A stretch of 37,606 nt of DNA, taken from NCBI GenBank assembly GCA_943788915.1, contig CALSSD010000004.1, positions 186,001 to 223,606 on the forward strand, written 5' to 3'. Both the position numbers and the translations under genes were made by a program. The stretch is from an uncultured Acidimicrobiales bacterium. GTDB taxonomy: Bacteria > Actinomycetota > Acidimicrobiia > Acidimicrobiales > UBA10347. The notes beneath the pieces are model-generated. The model ran no database searches. It saw nothing but the letters and a program-made list of their open reading frames with translations, and had not been told where the DNA came from. Positions 1 through 8,260 of the stretch are shown piece after piece. Every line of letters starts with the position of its first letter. The first letter of the stretch is position 1.

Positions 1-167
1 TCGTCGTTCGAAACAATGAGCAGGCCGTGGCCCGTGTTCCCGGCATCGTGATGCGAACCAAAGCTGAAGCTGTGTTCACTGTGGAGCCAGCCGATATCGG
101 TGGTGTAGCGAGAAGAAGCTGAGCGAACATCGATGGTGGTGCTGGTGGTGCTCGTGGAGCGGGTCAT
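1..167 (-). CDS. Pirin-family protein (YhhW-like), N-terminal part; runs off the window edge
   Basis: Manual translation from ATG at 167: MTRSTSTTSTTIDVRSASSRYTTDIGWLHSEHSFSFGSHHDAGNTGHGLLIVSND, matching the pirin GWLxSxHSFSFG..GxLxVxNDD signature; GGAAGGA upstream. Not in the ORF track. Confidence 0.85.
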   Translation of the reverse strand, partial: MTRSTSTTSTTIDVRSASSRYTTDIGWLHSEHSFSFGSHHDAGNTGHGLLIVSND

Positions 168-240
168 CAGGGTGTGTCCTTCCGGTGGTAAGGGGTAGGC
201 AGGGTTGGGGTGCCGGTGCGGTGAAGTGGTGTGTGCCGGG

Positions 241-786
241 TCAGCCGGCGCTGGTCAGCTGGATTTCGAGTTCGATAACGACCTTGTCGCTGACCAACAT
301 GCCGTCGATGCCGAGCGGTGCGTTGAACTCGATGCCGAAGTCGCCACGTGAGATCTCACCGCGGGCGCTGAAGCCAGCGCGAGTTGTGTCGTTCCCATCG
401 ACGGCGACGCCGTTGTAGGACAGATCCAAGGTGGCGGGCTTGGTGATGCCACGGATTGTCAGGTCGCCCGACAGGGCATTGGCGGTCACGCCGGTTGACG
501 CGAACGTCATCGTTGGATGTGTCTCGGCATTGAAGAAGTCGCCGCTTTGGAGGTGTCCGTCACGCATTTCGTTGTTGGTATCGACTGACGACAGGTCGAT
601 TGATGCGCTCACGCTGCTGGCTGTCTGATCGGCAGCGATCGTTGCGGTGCCAGAAAAGGTGTTGAAGCGGCCCCGTACTTTGGACAGCCCCAAGTGGCGA
701 ACCGTGAAGCCGATTTCAGAGTGTGCAGGATCGATCTTCCAGGTGCCAGTGGTAAGGGCGGTGAGTTCTGTCGTTGCGGTGGTCAT
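241..786 (-). CDS. YceI-family lipid/polyisoprenoid-binding protein
   Basis: GTWKIDPAHSEIGFTVRHLGLSKVRGRF, RDGHLQSGDFF, GDLTIRGITK motifs; GAGGAG RBS upstream. Confidence 0.95.
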   Translation of the reverse strand: MTTATTELTALTTGTWKIDPAHSEIGFTVRHLGLSKVRGRFNTFSGTATIAADQTASSVSASIDLSSVDTNNEMRDGHLQSGDFFNAETHPTMTFASTGVTANALSGDLTIRGITKPATLDLSYNGVAVDGNDTTRAGFSARGEISRGDFGIEFNAPLGIDGMLVSDKVVIELEIQLTSAG

Positions 787-813
787 AAGAGTTTCTCCTC
801 GAAGTTCGGTGGA

Positions 814-867
814 TACTTAAATATTGAAGTACCTTGTAGCCCACATAGTACTTAAAAGTTGAACTAT
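814..867. promoter_or_regulatory. Two palindromic putative MarR operators in the divergent yceI/marR spacer
   Basis: TACTTAAATATTGAAGTA (814-831, near-perfect palindrome) and TACTTAAAAGTTGAACTA (849-866, 15/18 identical to the first) in an AT-rich patch. Confidence 0.65.
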
Positions 868-894
868 GTCAACCCGGGACCTAGACTTCTCGGT

Positions 895-1365
895 GTGAAG
901 GACGACACACCCTGGCTCGACGAACAAGAGAACCGCATCTGGCGAGCGTTCCTTCAGGTAAGCGGGCGTATCAATGCACAACTGAGCGAGTCACTCAAAA
1001 CCACGACCGGACTCACAATGGACGACTACGAGGTGCTCGTCCATCTGTCCGAGTCTGAATCCCACCGACTGCGCATGACCGAGTTGTCACACCGGCTCCT
1101 GCATTCGCAGAGCCGCCTGACCCAACGCATCGACCGCCTGTCCAAGCGCGGATATGTCTGCCGCGAGAAGTGCCCCGACGATGGCCGGGGCACCTTCGCA
1201 GTGCTCACCCCGGCAGGTATGCAGGTGATCAAGGATGCAGCGCCGCATCATGTGAAGGACGTTCGCGCTGCACTCATCGACCTCATCGAACCCAAGGAAC
1301 GGCCACTGGTAGCCGACGTACTCGAACGGCTGGCCACTCAGGCCCGAGACCGCGACCTGGGCTAA
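895..1365 (+). CDS. MarR-family transcriptional regulator
   Basis: WLDEQENRIWRAF, YEVLVHLSE, LRMTELSHRLLHSQSRLTQRIDRL, DGRGTFAVLTPAG; GTG 895 preferred over TTG 859, which overlaps the operator. Confidence 0.95.
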   Translation: MKDDTPWLDEQENRIWRAFLQVSGRINAQLSESLKTTTGLTMDDYEVLVHLSESESHRLRMTELSHRLLHSQSRLTQRIDRLSKRGYVCREKCPDDGRGTFAVLTPAGMQVIKDAAPHHVKDVRAALIDLIEPKERPLVADVLERLATQARDRDLG

Positions 1366-1391
1366 ACCTGTGCTGGGACCTGGGCTAAACC
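1354..1391 (+). repeat. 15-bp direct repeat GACCTGGGCTAAACC spanning the marR stop codon
   Basis: Identical copies at 1354-1368 and 1377-1391. Confidence 0.8.
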
Positions 1392-1425
1392 CGCGGTTTT
1401 CGTTGGGCGAACCTACGATGCGGCG

Positions 1426-2625
1426 GTGACTGATCTGAGTTCCATCCATGCAGCGTTTGCTGCCGACCTTGCGCAGCTCCAGCGTGCCGTGGCGATGGTG
1501 GCAAGTGAGCCGCTTGCTCCCGGGGTAGCGCTGCCGACCGATCTTCCCGAGATAGGGCTCGGTGCAGGAGAGGCGATCGATGCACTCGCCGGTCCAGTGT
1601 TAGGCCAGGCCCGGATGCTGGGTGCGCCTGGTTTCTTTGCCCATATGGATCCACCGACACCATGGATCACGTGGGTGATGCATCTGTGGACAGCCAGCCG
1701 AAATCAGAATCTGCTGCATCCCGATACCGCTCCCACCGCACGCGATATGGAGACCCGCGTCATCGACTGGTTGGCGCCATCGTTCGGCATGAGCGGCGGG
1801 CACCTCACACCTGGTTCAACGGTCGCGAATCTCACCGCGATCTGGGCGGCGCGCGAAGCTGGTGCTCACACGGTTGTTTCGACCGGCAACGCGCATATAA
1901 GCGTGGCCAAGGCAGCGCACCTGCTGGGCATGTTTCATCGTCCGATCCGGAACTGGGACACGTCCATGAGCTTCGACGGTTGTGTTGCCGTGATCACCGC
2001 TGGCACAACAAGCACCGGTGAGATCGAACCACTGGACGCAGCCCGGTACGCGTCGTGGCGCCACGTCGACGCAGCGTGGGCAGGTCCGTTGATGCTGAGT
2101 GAAACGCATCGCCATCAGCTTGCCGGGATTGAACACGCCGACAGCGTTGCGGTGTCGGCACATAAGTGGCTCTTTCAGCCAAAGGAGTCGGCGATGGTGC
2201 TGTTCGCCGATGTCGAAGCTGCCCACGCGAGCGTGAGTTTCGGTGCCGACTACCTTGCTGTCCCAAACATTGGTGTGCTCGGAAGTCATGGTGCGACCGC
2301 CGTGCCGTTGTTGGCAACCCTGCTCGCCTACGGACGCGAGGGTGTCGCCGCATGGATCGACCACTCTGTCGAACTCGCCGACCGGCTCGTTCGCGACATC
2401 GAGGCCGAACCAAACTTGGAAACACGGACTGCGCCGCAGTCTGGTGTCGTGAACTGGCGCCACACCTCGATCGACGCCAACGAGGTCCAGCGTCGACTCC
2501 CGGCTGATGTCTTCATCTCCACCACCACGATCGACGGGGAACCCTGGCTGCGTTCAGTCGGCGCCAACCCCATGGCCGATGCTGCCAAGGTTGTTGCCGC
2601 CGTAGCGTCGTTGGCGGTGCCTTAA
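1426..2625 (+). CDS. PLP-dependent decarboxylase (group II, GadB/DDC-like)
   Basis: FFAHMDPP, GHLTPGSTVANLTA, TAGTTSTG, HVDAAWAG, SVAVSAHKWLFQP (PLP lysine). Confidence 0.9.
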   Translation: MTDLSSIHAAFAADLAQLQRAVAMVASEPLAPGVALPTDLPEIGLGAGEAIDALAGPVLGQARMLGAPGFFAHMDPPTPWITWVMHLWTASRNQNLLHPDTAPTARDMETRVIDWLAPSFGMSGGHLTPGSTVANLTAIWAAREAGAHTVVSTGNAHISVAKAAHLLGMFHRPIRNWDTSMSFDGCVAVITAGTTSTGEIEPLDAARYASWRHVDAAWAGPLMLSETHRHQLAGIEHADSVAVSAHKWLFQPKESAMVLFADVEAAHASVSFGADYLAVPNIGVLGSHGATAVPLLATLLAYGREGVAAWIDHSVELADRLVRDIEAEPNLETRTAPQSGVVNWRHTSIDANEVQRRLPADVFISTTTIDGEPWLRSVGANPMADAAKVVAAVASLAVP

Positions 2626-3329
2626 CTCCGTTCGCGGACCGCGACGAGGTCGACGTGGTCGGTCAGCACTTCGGCTAGCTCTGCGATGAGCGACTCGTTC
2701 TCAGGGCTGACTCGATGAAGCGCGACCACGAACCTGGCCTCGGCTGGGCGGTCTTTTCGGGAACCATTTGTGCTGAGGAGAACGGCCGCAGCGCGTTGTG
2801 GTGTGAGGAGATCGTCGACGGAACAGCCGGCTAGCGCAGCGACCAGATCGGGACGATGGCAACTGTCGGCTATCGGCCGGGCGAAGGCACTCGCACCAAT
2901 ACACGCAACCAACAGCGTCGTTGCGGTGGGTAGCACCGGCTCGTGAGCCGCCGGGGCCTTGAACGGTCGCTTGCGGCTTCCATCGGCTTCGACCACAACA
3001 TTGTCAGCGATCGTGAACCACCGATTGCAGGTGTCGCCGTCGACGCCGATCGCTCGACGCTCGTCGGCAGCAGCCCAGGCAAGGACCCGGCTCGCTTTCT
3101 GCAGACTGTCTCGTACTTCGGCATCGGACGGGTTGATGAGCACGGGGAAGTCACCCGACTGCTCAGCGCCCATCTTGGTGGTGGTGGTGAGAATGGTGGT
3201 GCCAGCGAGTTGCTCACCGAGCGTGAATAAGGTGGTGGTCTTGCCGCCACCGCCGACTAACGACACCAGTTCGTTCTGGCGAATCTGGAGGGCCTCAGCC
3301 AGGTCGTCAAGCTCGATCGTTTGCACCAT
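2622..3329 (-). CDS. yqeC: Selenium-dependent molybdenum hydroxylase accessory protein YqeC
   Basis: VSLVGGGGKTT, TTTTKM, VVVEADGSRKRPFKAPAAHEPVLP are characteristic YqeC motifs; ATG 3329 chosen. Confidence 0.85.
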   Translation of the reverse strand: MVQTIELDDLAEALQIRQNELVSLVGGGGKTTTLFTLGEQLAGTTILTTTTKMGAEQSGDFPVLINPSDAEVRDSLQKASRVLAWAAADERRAIGVDGDTCNRWFTIADNVVVEADGSRKRPFKAPAAHEPVLPTATTLLVACIGASAFARPIADSCHRPDLVAALAGCSVDDLLTPQRAAAVLLSTNGSRKDRPAEARFVVALHRVSPENESLIAELAEVLTDHVDLVAVRERS

Positions 3330-3430
3330 TGTCTGCAACCTAGTGGGCCAAACACCGGGGCGGTCGGCACCGGAGTTGGTGAGCGGGCGACCAGTTTCGT
3401 CGCGTGGCACGTGCCTCGTACCATCGGTCT

Positions 3431-4228
3431 ATGCCCCAACTGAACATCCGTGGTTTCGACCTGGACTATGACATCGCTGGTTCGCCAAAAGGCACGCCCC
3501 TCGTATGGGGTCATGGTCTGAACTCAAGTCGGGGCATCTCAGCTGCGTATCCGATGGTGGACCTGTCGCCAACACAAACCGACCGCCAGGTGGTGCGCTA
3601 CGACACCCGGGGCCACGGCATGTCGAGCATGCTCGCCGACCCGGCCAAGGGAAGCTGGGCTGAACTCGCACTCGATCAAATCGCGCTGATCGATGCTCTT
3701 GGGTTCGAACAAGTAGTCGTTGGCGGCGTCTCGATGGGCGCAGGCACCGCGTTGCACTCGGCTCTGGCATTGCGGGATCGGCTCAACAAGATGGTGCTGG
3801 TCATTCCGCCCACTGGATGGGAGGAACGAGCGCCCCAGGTCGACGTGTATGAACGGATGGCCCGGGTTGTCGAATCCCGTGGTCCGAAGGCACTCATCGC
3901 CGCGGCGGTGGAGATGCCACCTCCTGACCCCTTCGTCGGTTCGTCCGAATTTGAGGACCGGCGCGCAGGACGCCTGGGCGGTGCCAACCCTGCTCGGCTT
4001 GCCGCCTGCTTCCGCGGCGCTGCCTACGCCGACCTCCCACCGGTCGAAGACCTCGCAACCATCACCACACCAACCCTGGTGCTTGCGTGGAGCGGTGACC
4101 CTAGACACCCCGTGTCGACTGCCGAGCGGTTGCGTGACACGTTGGCGAATGTGCAGGTGTCTGTTGCGTCAACTCGGGCCGAGTTCGAGACTTGGTCCGA
4201 TCAGCTCCACCGCTTCCTCGCAAGCTAG
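3431..4228 (+). CDS. Alpha/beta fold hydrolase
   Basis: VWGHGL, RYDTRGHGMS, GVSMG nucleophile elbow, GDPRHP. Confidence 0.9.
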   Translation: MPQLNIRGFDLDYDIAGSPKGTPLVWGHGLNSSRGISAAYPMVDLSPTQTDRQVVRYDTRGHGMSSMLADPAKGSWAELALDQIALIDALGFEQVVVGGVSMGAGTALHSALALRDRLNKMVLVIPPTGWEERAPQVDVYERMARVVESRGPKALIAAAVEMPPPDPFVGSSEFEDRRAGRLGGANPARLAACFRGAAYADLPPVEDLATITTPTLVLAWSGDPRHPVSTAERLRDTLANVQVSVASTRAEFETWSDQLHRFLAS

Positions 4229-4287
4229 CCGCAGAGGTCGTCTTCGCCGGGTGCCGCCCTTCCTGACGCAGCAGTAGAGTCGGCGGC

Positions 4288-5076
4288 GTGGGTGGACGTC
4301 TCGAACAACTGACCGGACCAACAGCGGGGGCTGCATTGAGCGAGGACGCGACGGTGATCGTGCCCATCGGTGCGATCGAGCAACACGGCCCGCATCTTCC
4401 GCTGTCGGTCGACTGGATCATCGCCGACGAGGTTGCGCAGGCAGTCGTGGATCGGGTCGGTTCTGAACTGCCTGTTTGGTTGCTTCCCACCATGCCGTTC
4501 TCCAAGTCGAACGAACACGCATGGTCGTCGGGAACAATCTGGCTGTCGCAAGACACGATGATGCGAGTACTCGATGACATCGGCCGATGTGTGGCCGAGT
4601 CAGGAGCGAAACGCATCGTCTTTCTCAACGGCCATGGCGGAAACTCGACACTGCTCAACGTGGTCTGCCGTGAACTACGTCTGGCCTACGGCCTGCTGAC
4701 CTTCCTGGTACACCCATTTGTGCCGCCCGCGTACGCACCGCCGGATCCCGACGCTGCCAACTCGGCCGAACTGGGCATGGGTATTCATGGCGGCCTTGAT
4801 GAAACGTCGGTCATGTTGCATCTGCGGCCCAACGATGTCGACATGTCCAAGGCGGTACGCAACGTGCCCGAGTGGATGAACGAACACGACCACGTGAAGT
4901 TCGGTGGCAGCGTGCAGTTCGGCTGGCTGTCCAACGACTTTGGCGACGACGGACACATTGGTGACCCGACCGGCGCCACCGCCGAACGCGGCGCCCAGCT
5001 CTTCGAAGACTCGGTGTCGTTCATCATCGAACAACTCCGCGATATCGTCGGCTTCGACTTCCGGCCACAATCATGA
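4288..5076 (+). CDS. Creatininase/creatinine amidohydrolase-family protein
   Basis: PIGAIEQHGPHLPLSVD, SNEH, LNGHGGN, IHGGLDETS, IGDPTGATAERG. Confidence 0.93.
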   Translation: MGGRLEQLTGPTAGAALSEDATVIVPIGAIEQHGPHLPLSVDWIIADEVAQAVVDRVGSELPVWLLPTMPFSKSNEHAWSSGTIWLSQDTMMRVLDDIGRCVAESGAKRIVFLNGHGGNSTLLNVVCRELRLAYGLLTFLVHPFVPPAYAPPDPDAANSAELGMGIHGGLDETSVMLHLRPNDVDMSKAVRNVPEWMNEHDHVKFGGSVQFGWLSNDFGDDGHIGDPTGATAERGAQLFEDSVSFIIEQLRDIVGFDFRPQS

Positions 5077-5086
5077 GGTTGCCGTC

Positions 5087-5479
5087 ATGACCGAGATATC
5101 GCGCACCATCAATCCGGCCGCAGTCAGTGCGCCTGCTGCGAACTACGCCCATGCGGTGTTGACCGAGCGCGCAACCACATGGCTTCATACGTCTGGCGTG
5201 GTGCCGATTGCGCCCGACGGTTCGGTGCCGGCAGGCATCGTGGAACAGGCCGAAGTGATCTGGTCGAACATTGCCGCCATGCTCGACGAAGCGAACATGG
5301 TCGCAACCAACGTGGTCTCCGTCACGACTTATGTCACGCCCGGCCATGATCTTGGTCCCATCATGGCGACCCGTGATCGAGCCCTGAACAATCATCACGC
5401 GGCGTCGACGCTGGTCGTCGTGCCCGAACTCGCTCGGCCCGAATGGCTCATGGAGATCGCTGTCATCGCCGCCGGTTGA
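5087..5479 (+). CDS. RidA/YjgF-family protein
   Basis: ANYAHAV, LHTSGVVP, QAEVIWSNIAAML, ASTLVVVPELARPEWLMEIAVIAA; GAGG RBS before ATG 5087. Confidence 0.9.
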   Translation: MTEISRTINPAAVSAPAANYAHAVLTERATTWLHTSGVVPIAPDGSVPAGIVEQAEVIWSNIAAMLDEANMVATNVVSVTTYVTPGHDLGPIMATRDRALNNHHAASTLVVVPELARPEWLMEIAVIAAG

Positions 5480-5515
5480 ACCTGTTGGTACCCCTGAGGC
5501 GCGTGCAACTTTTGA

Positions 5516-5572
5516 GGGACCGTCGACGTGGAGACTCTACGGCAGGGTTTGCGGAGCAACGGCGGACTACCC
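5516..5572. repeat. Dispersed intergenic repeat, copy 1 (REP-like family)
   Basis: GGGACCGTCGACG...GGCAG...GCGGAGCAACGGCGGACTACCC aligns with the reverse complement of 15118-15172 and with 9900-9971. Confidence 0.65.
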
Positions 5573-5573
5573 G

Positions 5574-6977
5574 CTAGCGGTTGAGACGGCTTTCGACGCC
5601 CGCGGCCTTGAACACTCGCGCCGCGGCGATGCGGGACTCGGCGAGGAGTTCGTTCTCGTCGACAAAGGTCACGTTGCCTTCATCGATCAGTACCCGACCG
5701 TCGACAACGACATGGCTCACGTTCGCTGGTGAGGCGTTGAAGACCAATGCACTTTCCACGCTATGCACCGGTGCCAGGAAGACGGAATTCAGGTCAACGA
5801 TCACCAGGTCAGCCTTGCGGCCTGCGCCGATCATGCCGGTCTGATCCTCGGTGCCGAATGCCTTGGCGCCACCACGACAGGCCATCTCGATGCTGTCGCC
5901 AGGCAACAGCGCCATGGCATCGAGGTGATGCACCTTCTGCAACAGCACGGTGGTCTTCAGGACTTCGAACATGTCCTGACGGTTGTTGCTTCCGGGGCCG
6001 TCGCTGGCCAGCGCCACGTTGATGTTGCGGCTACGCATGTCGAGAATACGGGGCACACCCGACGCCAGGAACATATTGCTGACCGGGCAGCTCACGACCG
6101 AGGCGCCGGATTCGGCGATCAGGTCCAGCTCGTTGTCGTCGAGCCACACGCTGTGGGCAAACTGCATGTCGGGTCCCAGGAGCCCAAGTTCGTCGAGCCA
6201 CTCGACGTGGCGGGTGCCGCGCTCTTCGACGTTCAGCCGCACTTCTTCCTCGGACTCAGCGATATGGATGTGGGTACCAGCGCCCCACTCGCGGGTTTTG
6301 ACGACGGTCTCTTTCATGGCGTCATCGGTGCAACCCCACGGCAAGAGCGGTGCGACCTCGATCCGGATGCGGTCGTTGTCGCGCCCATGCCAACGATCTC
6401 GGAGGCCAGCTGCGTGAGACAGCACCTGGTCGGGGGTCTCCTGCATTTCTGGCGGATAGTTCCGGTCAGCCCAACCTCGGGCCAACATGTAACGCACGCC
6501 CGCGTCGTTGGCTGATTGCAGCACGGCATCGTCGATAGCGTCGTCGACATGTACGTAGTGGTGATCGAGCACAGACGTGGCACCGGTGCGCAAGTTCTCG
6601 ACCATGCCGCACAAACCGGCCAGATAACCAGCGTCGGCATCGAGGTGAACAGCACCTGGCCAGATGCAGGTGCGCAGCCAGTCGAGCAACGGTTTGTCGT
6701 CGGCCAGGCCACGGAAGAACGTCTGGAACAGGTGGGTGTGCGCATTGGTCATGCCAGGCATAAGCGCGCAGCCGTCGGCGTCGATAACTCGTTCGGCCTG
6801 CGCGACAAGGGCTGGCGGTGCTGCACCGGCGCCGACTGCGGCGATCGTGTCGCCAACCACGTGTACCCATCCGGGGTCGTGGATTGTGGCTGTGTCGTCG
6901 ACGGTGACGACGGCAGCGTTCACAATGAGTAGACCGCCAGAATCGTGGCGGGCGGGAAGTGGTGTAACAGTGACCAT
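5574..6977 (-). CDS. Metal-dependent amidohydrolase/deaminase (MtaD/AtzA/8-oxoguanine deaminase-like)
   Basis: PGMTNAHTHLFQ (HxH), THIHIAESEEE, FAHSVWL, SCPVSNMFLASG, ALASDGPGSNN. Confidence 0.92.
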   Translation of the reverse strand: MVTVTPLPARHDSGGLLIVNAAVVTVDDTATIHDPGWVHVVGDTIAAVGAGAAPPALVAQAERVIDADGCALMPGMTNAHTHLFQTFFRGLADDKPLLDWLRTCIWPGAVHLDADAGYLAGLCGMVENLRTGATSVLDHHYVHVDDAIDDAVLQSANDAGVRYMLARGWADRNYPPEMQETPDQVLSHAAGLRDRWHGRDNDRIRIEVAPLLPWGCTDDAMKETVVKTREWGAGTHIHIAESEEEVRLNVEERGTRHVEWLDELGLLGPDMQFAHSVWLDDNELDLIAESGASVVSCPVSNMFLASGVPRILDMRSRNINVALASDGPGSNNRQDMFEVLKTTVLLQKVHHLDAMALLPGDSIEMACRGGAKAFGTEDQTGMIGAGRKADLVIVDLNSVFLAPVHSVESALVFNASPANVSHVVVDGRVLIDEGNVTFVDENELLAESRIAAARVFKAAGVESRLNR

Positions 6978-7079
6978 GGGGCTCTCACAAGGCGTTGGAT
7001 CTGAGCGGAATGGCTGCGAAGCCTCAGAAGGAGTGAACGCCGTGCGTTGAGCCAGTGGTCAGATTGTATTCTTCTGTCC

Positions 7080-7649
7080 ATGCGGGTCCTCGTCGTAAAT
7101 GCCTATCCCGTAACTCATCCCGATTCGCCGGTCGTACAACAGGCGATCGACATGCTGCATGCGCACGGGCACGAGATCGAACATTTGCCGCTCGAAGCCG
7201 ACGAATTTGCGACGATGATGACGGCTGCGGAACGAACTGCCTATGAAACCAATGCGCCGCTACTCGCCGATGAGACCAAGGCGAGCGCGGCGTCTGTCCA
7301 AGCCGCCGATGCGCTCCTTTTCTGTTACCCGACGACCTTGTTCGGTCCGCCCCCACGGCTCAAGAGCTGGCTTGAACGAGTCATGGTTATGGACGTGGCT
7401 TTCATCTTCGACGACAAACAACGGGTGCGCCCGGGGCTTATCAATATCCGCCGCATCGGCGTGATCACCACCACGCCGCATTCGAAGCGAGTAACCCTGC
7501 GGGCCCGTGACCTTGGCTACCGCACGTTTATGCGCACGCTTCGGTTGAACTGTCATCCGTTGTGTCGCCGGACCTTTGTTCGAATGCCTGCGCAGGCTCC
7601 CGCTGGTCGGTACGTCGACCGATTTCACCGTGTACTGCGAGGCTGGTGA
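7080..7649 (+). CDS. Flavodoxin-like NAD(P)H-dependent oxidoreductase (KefF/NQO-like)
   Basis: MRVLVVNAYP, ADALLFCYPTTLFGPPPRLKSWLERV. Confidence 0.85.
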   Translation: MRVLVVNAYPVTHPDSPVVQQAIDMLHAHGHEIEHLPLEADEFATMMTAAERTAYETNAPLLADETKASAASVQAADALLFCYPTTLFGPPPRLKSWLERVMVMDVAFIFDDKQRVRPGLINIRRIGVITTTPHSKRVTLRARDLGYRTFMRTLRLNCHPLCRRTFVRMPAQAPAGRYVDRFHRVLRGW

Positions 7650-7653
7650 ACAG

Positions 7654-8136
7654 TCAGCCGATGGTGAGGCTGTTGACGAAGGCCGTGCGGTCGGCGTCGG
7701 TGGCACGGTCGATCTTGTACAGCGACTGCCAGTGCAATGTCGCACCAGATGCACAGAGTGGAAGGATCGTGCGCTTCCACAATTGCAAACCAGGCTCGCC
7801 TTGCAAACTGTTGACGAATTTCGAGCTGCCATGCGACGTGGCGATGGTGATCGACTCGACGGTCTTGAACGGGCTGGTTGCCGCGGCTTCATGGCCGTCG
7901 ACCCACGGGCCGATGATCTCGTTGAGTGCGTCGAGCAGCATCGCCGGCAGCGAACCCCACCAGGTTGGGTACACGAAGACCAGTCGGGTAACCCCAATAC
8001 ATGCGTACTGCGTCCAACGGTCGCCCTGGCCGAGTCGTACGACACGGGCATCGGGTGCCTGCTGGACTATGGCGTCGAGTAGCGCCTGGTTGTAACTCTG
8101 CTCGAGCGGGTGCGCTTGCACCACCAACGTCGTCAC
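7654..8136 (-). CDS. Flavodoxin-like NAD(P)H-dependent oxidoreductase
   Basis: LVVQAHPLEQSYNQAL, LVFVYPTWWGSLPAML, ATSHGS. Confidence 0.85.
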   Translation of the reverse strand: MTTLVVQAHPLEQSYNQALLDAIVQQAPDARVVRLGQGDRWTQYACIGVTRLVFVYPTWWGSLPAMLLDALNEIIGPWVDGHEAAATSPFKTVESITIATSHGSSKFVNSLQGEPGLQLWKRTILPLCASGATLHWQSLYKIDRATDADRTAFVNSLTIG

Positions 8137-8260
8137 GATGCGACGTTACTCCCAGATGCAACGTGTACCCGGTCCACGTTGCATCGGAAGGGATGTGTGC
8201 CAGGCACAGGTCTCTTCATGAAGAGGTGAGGTTGCGGGCTACATCCATAGGATCAGGAGT

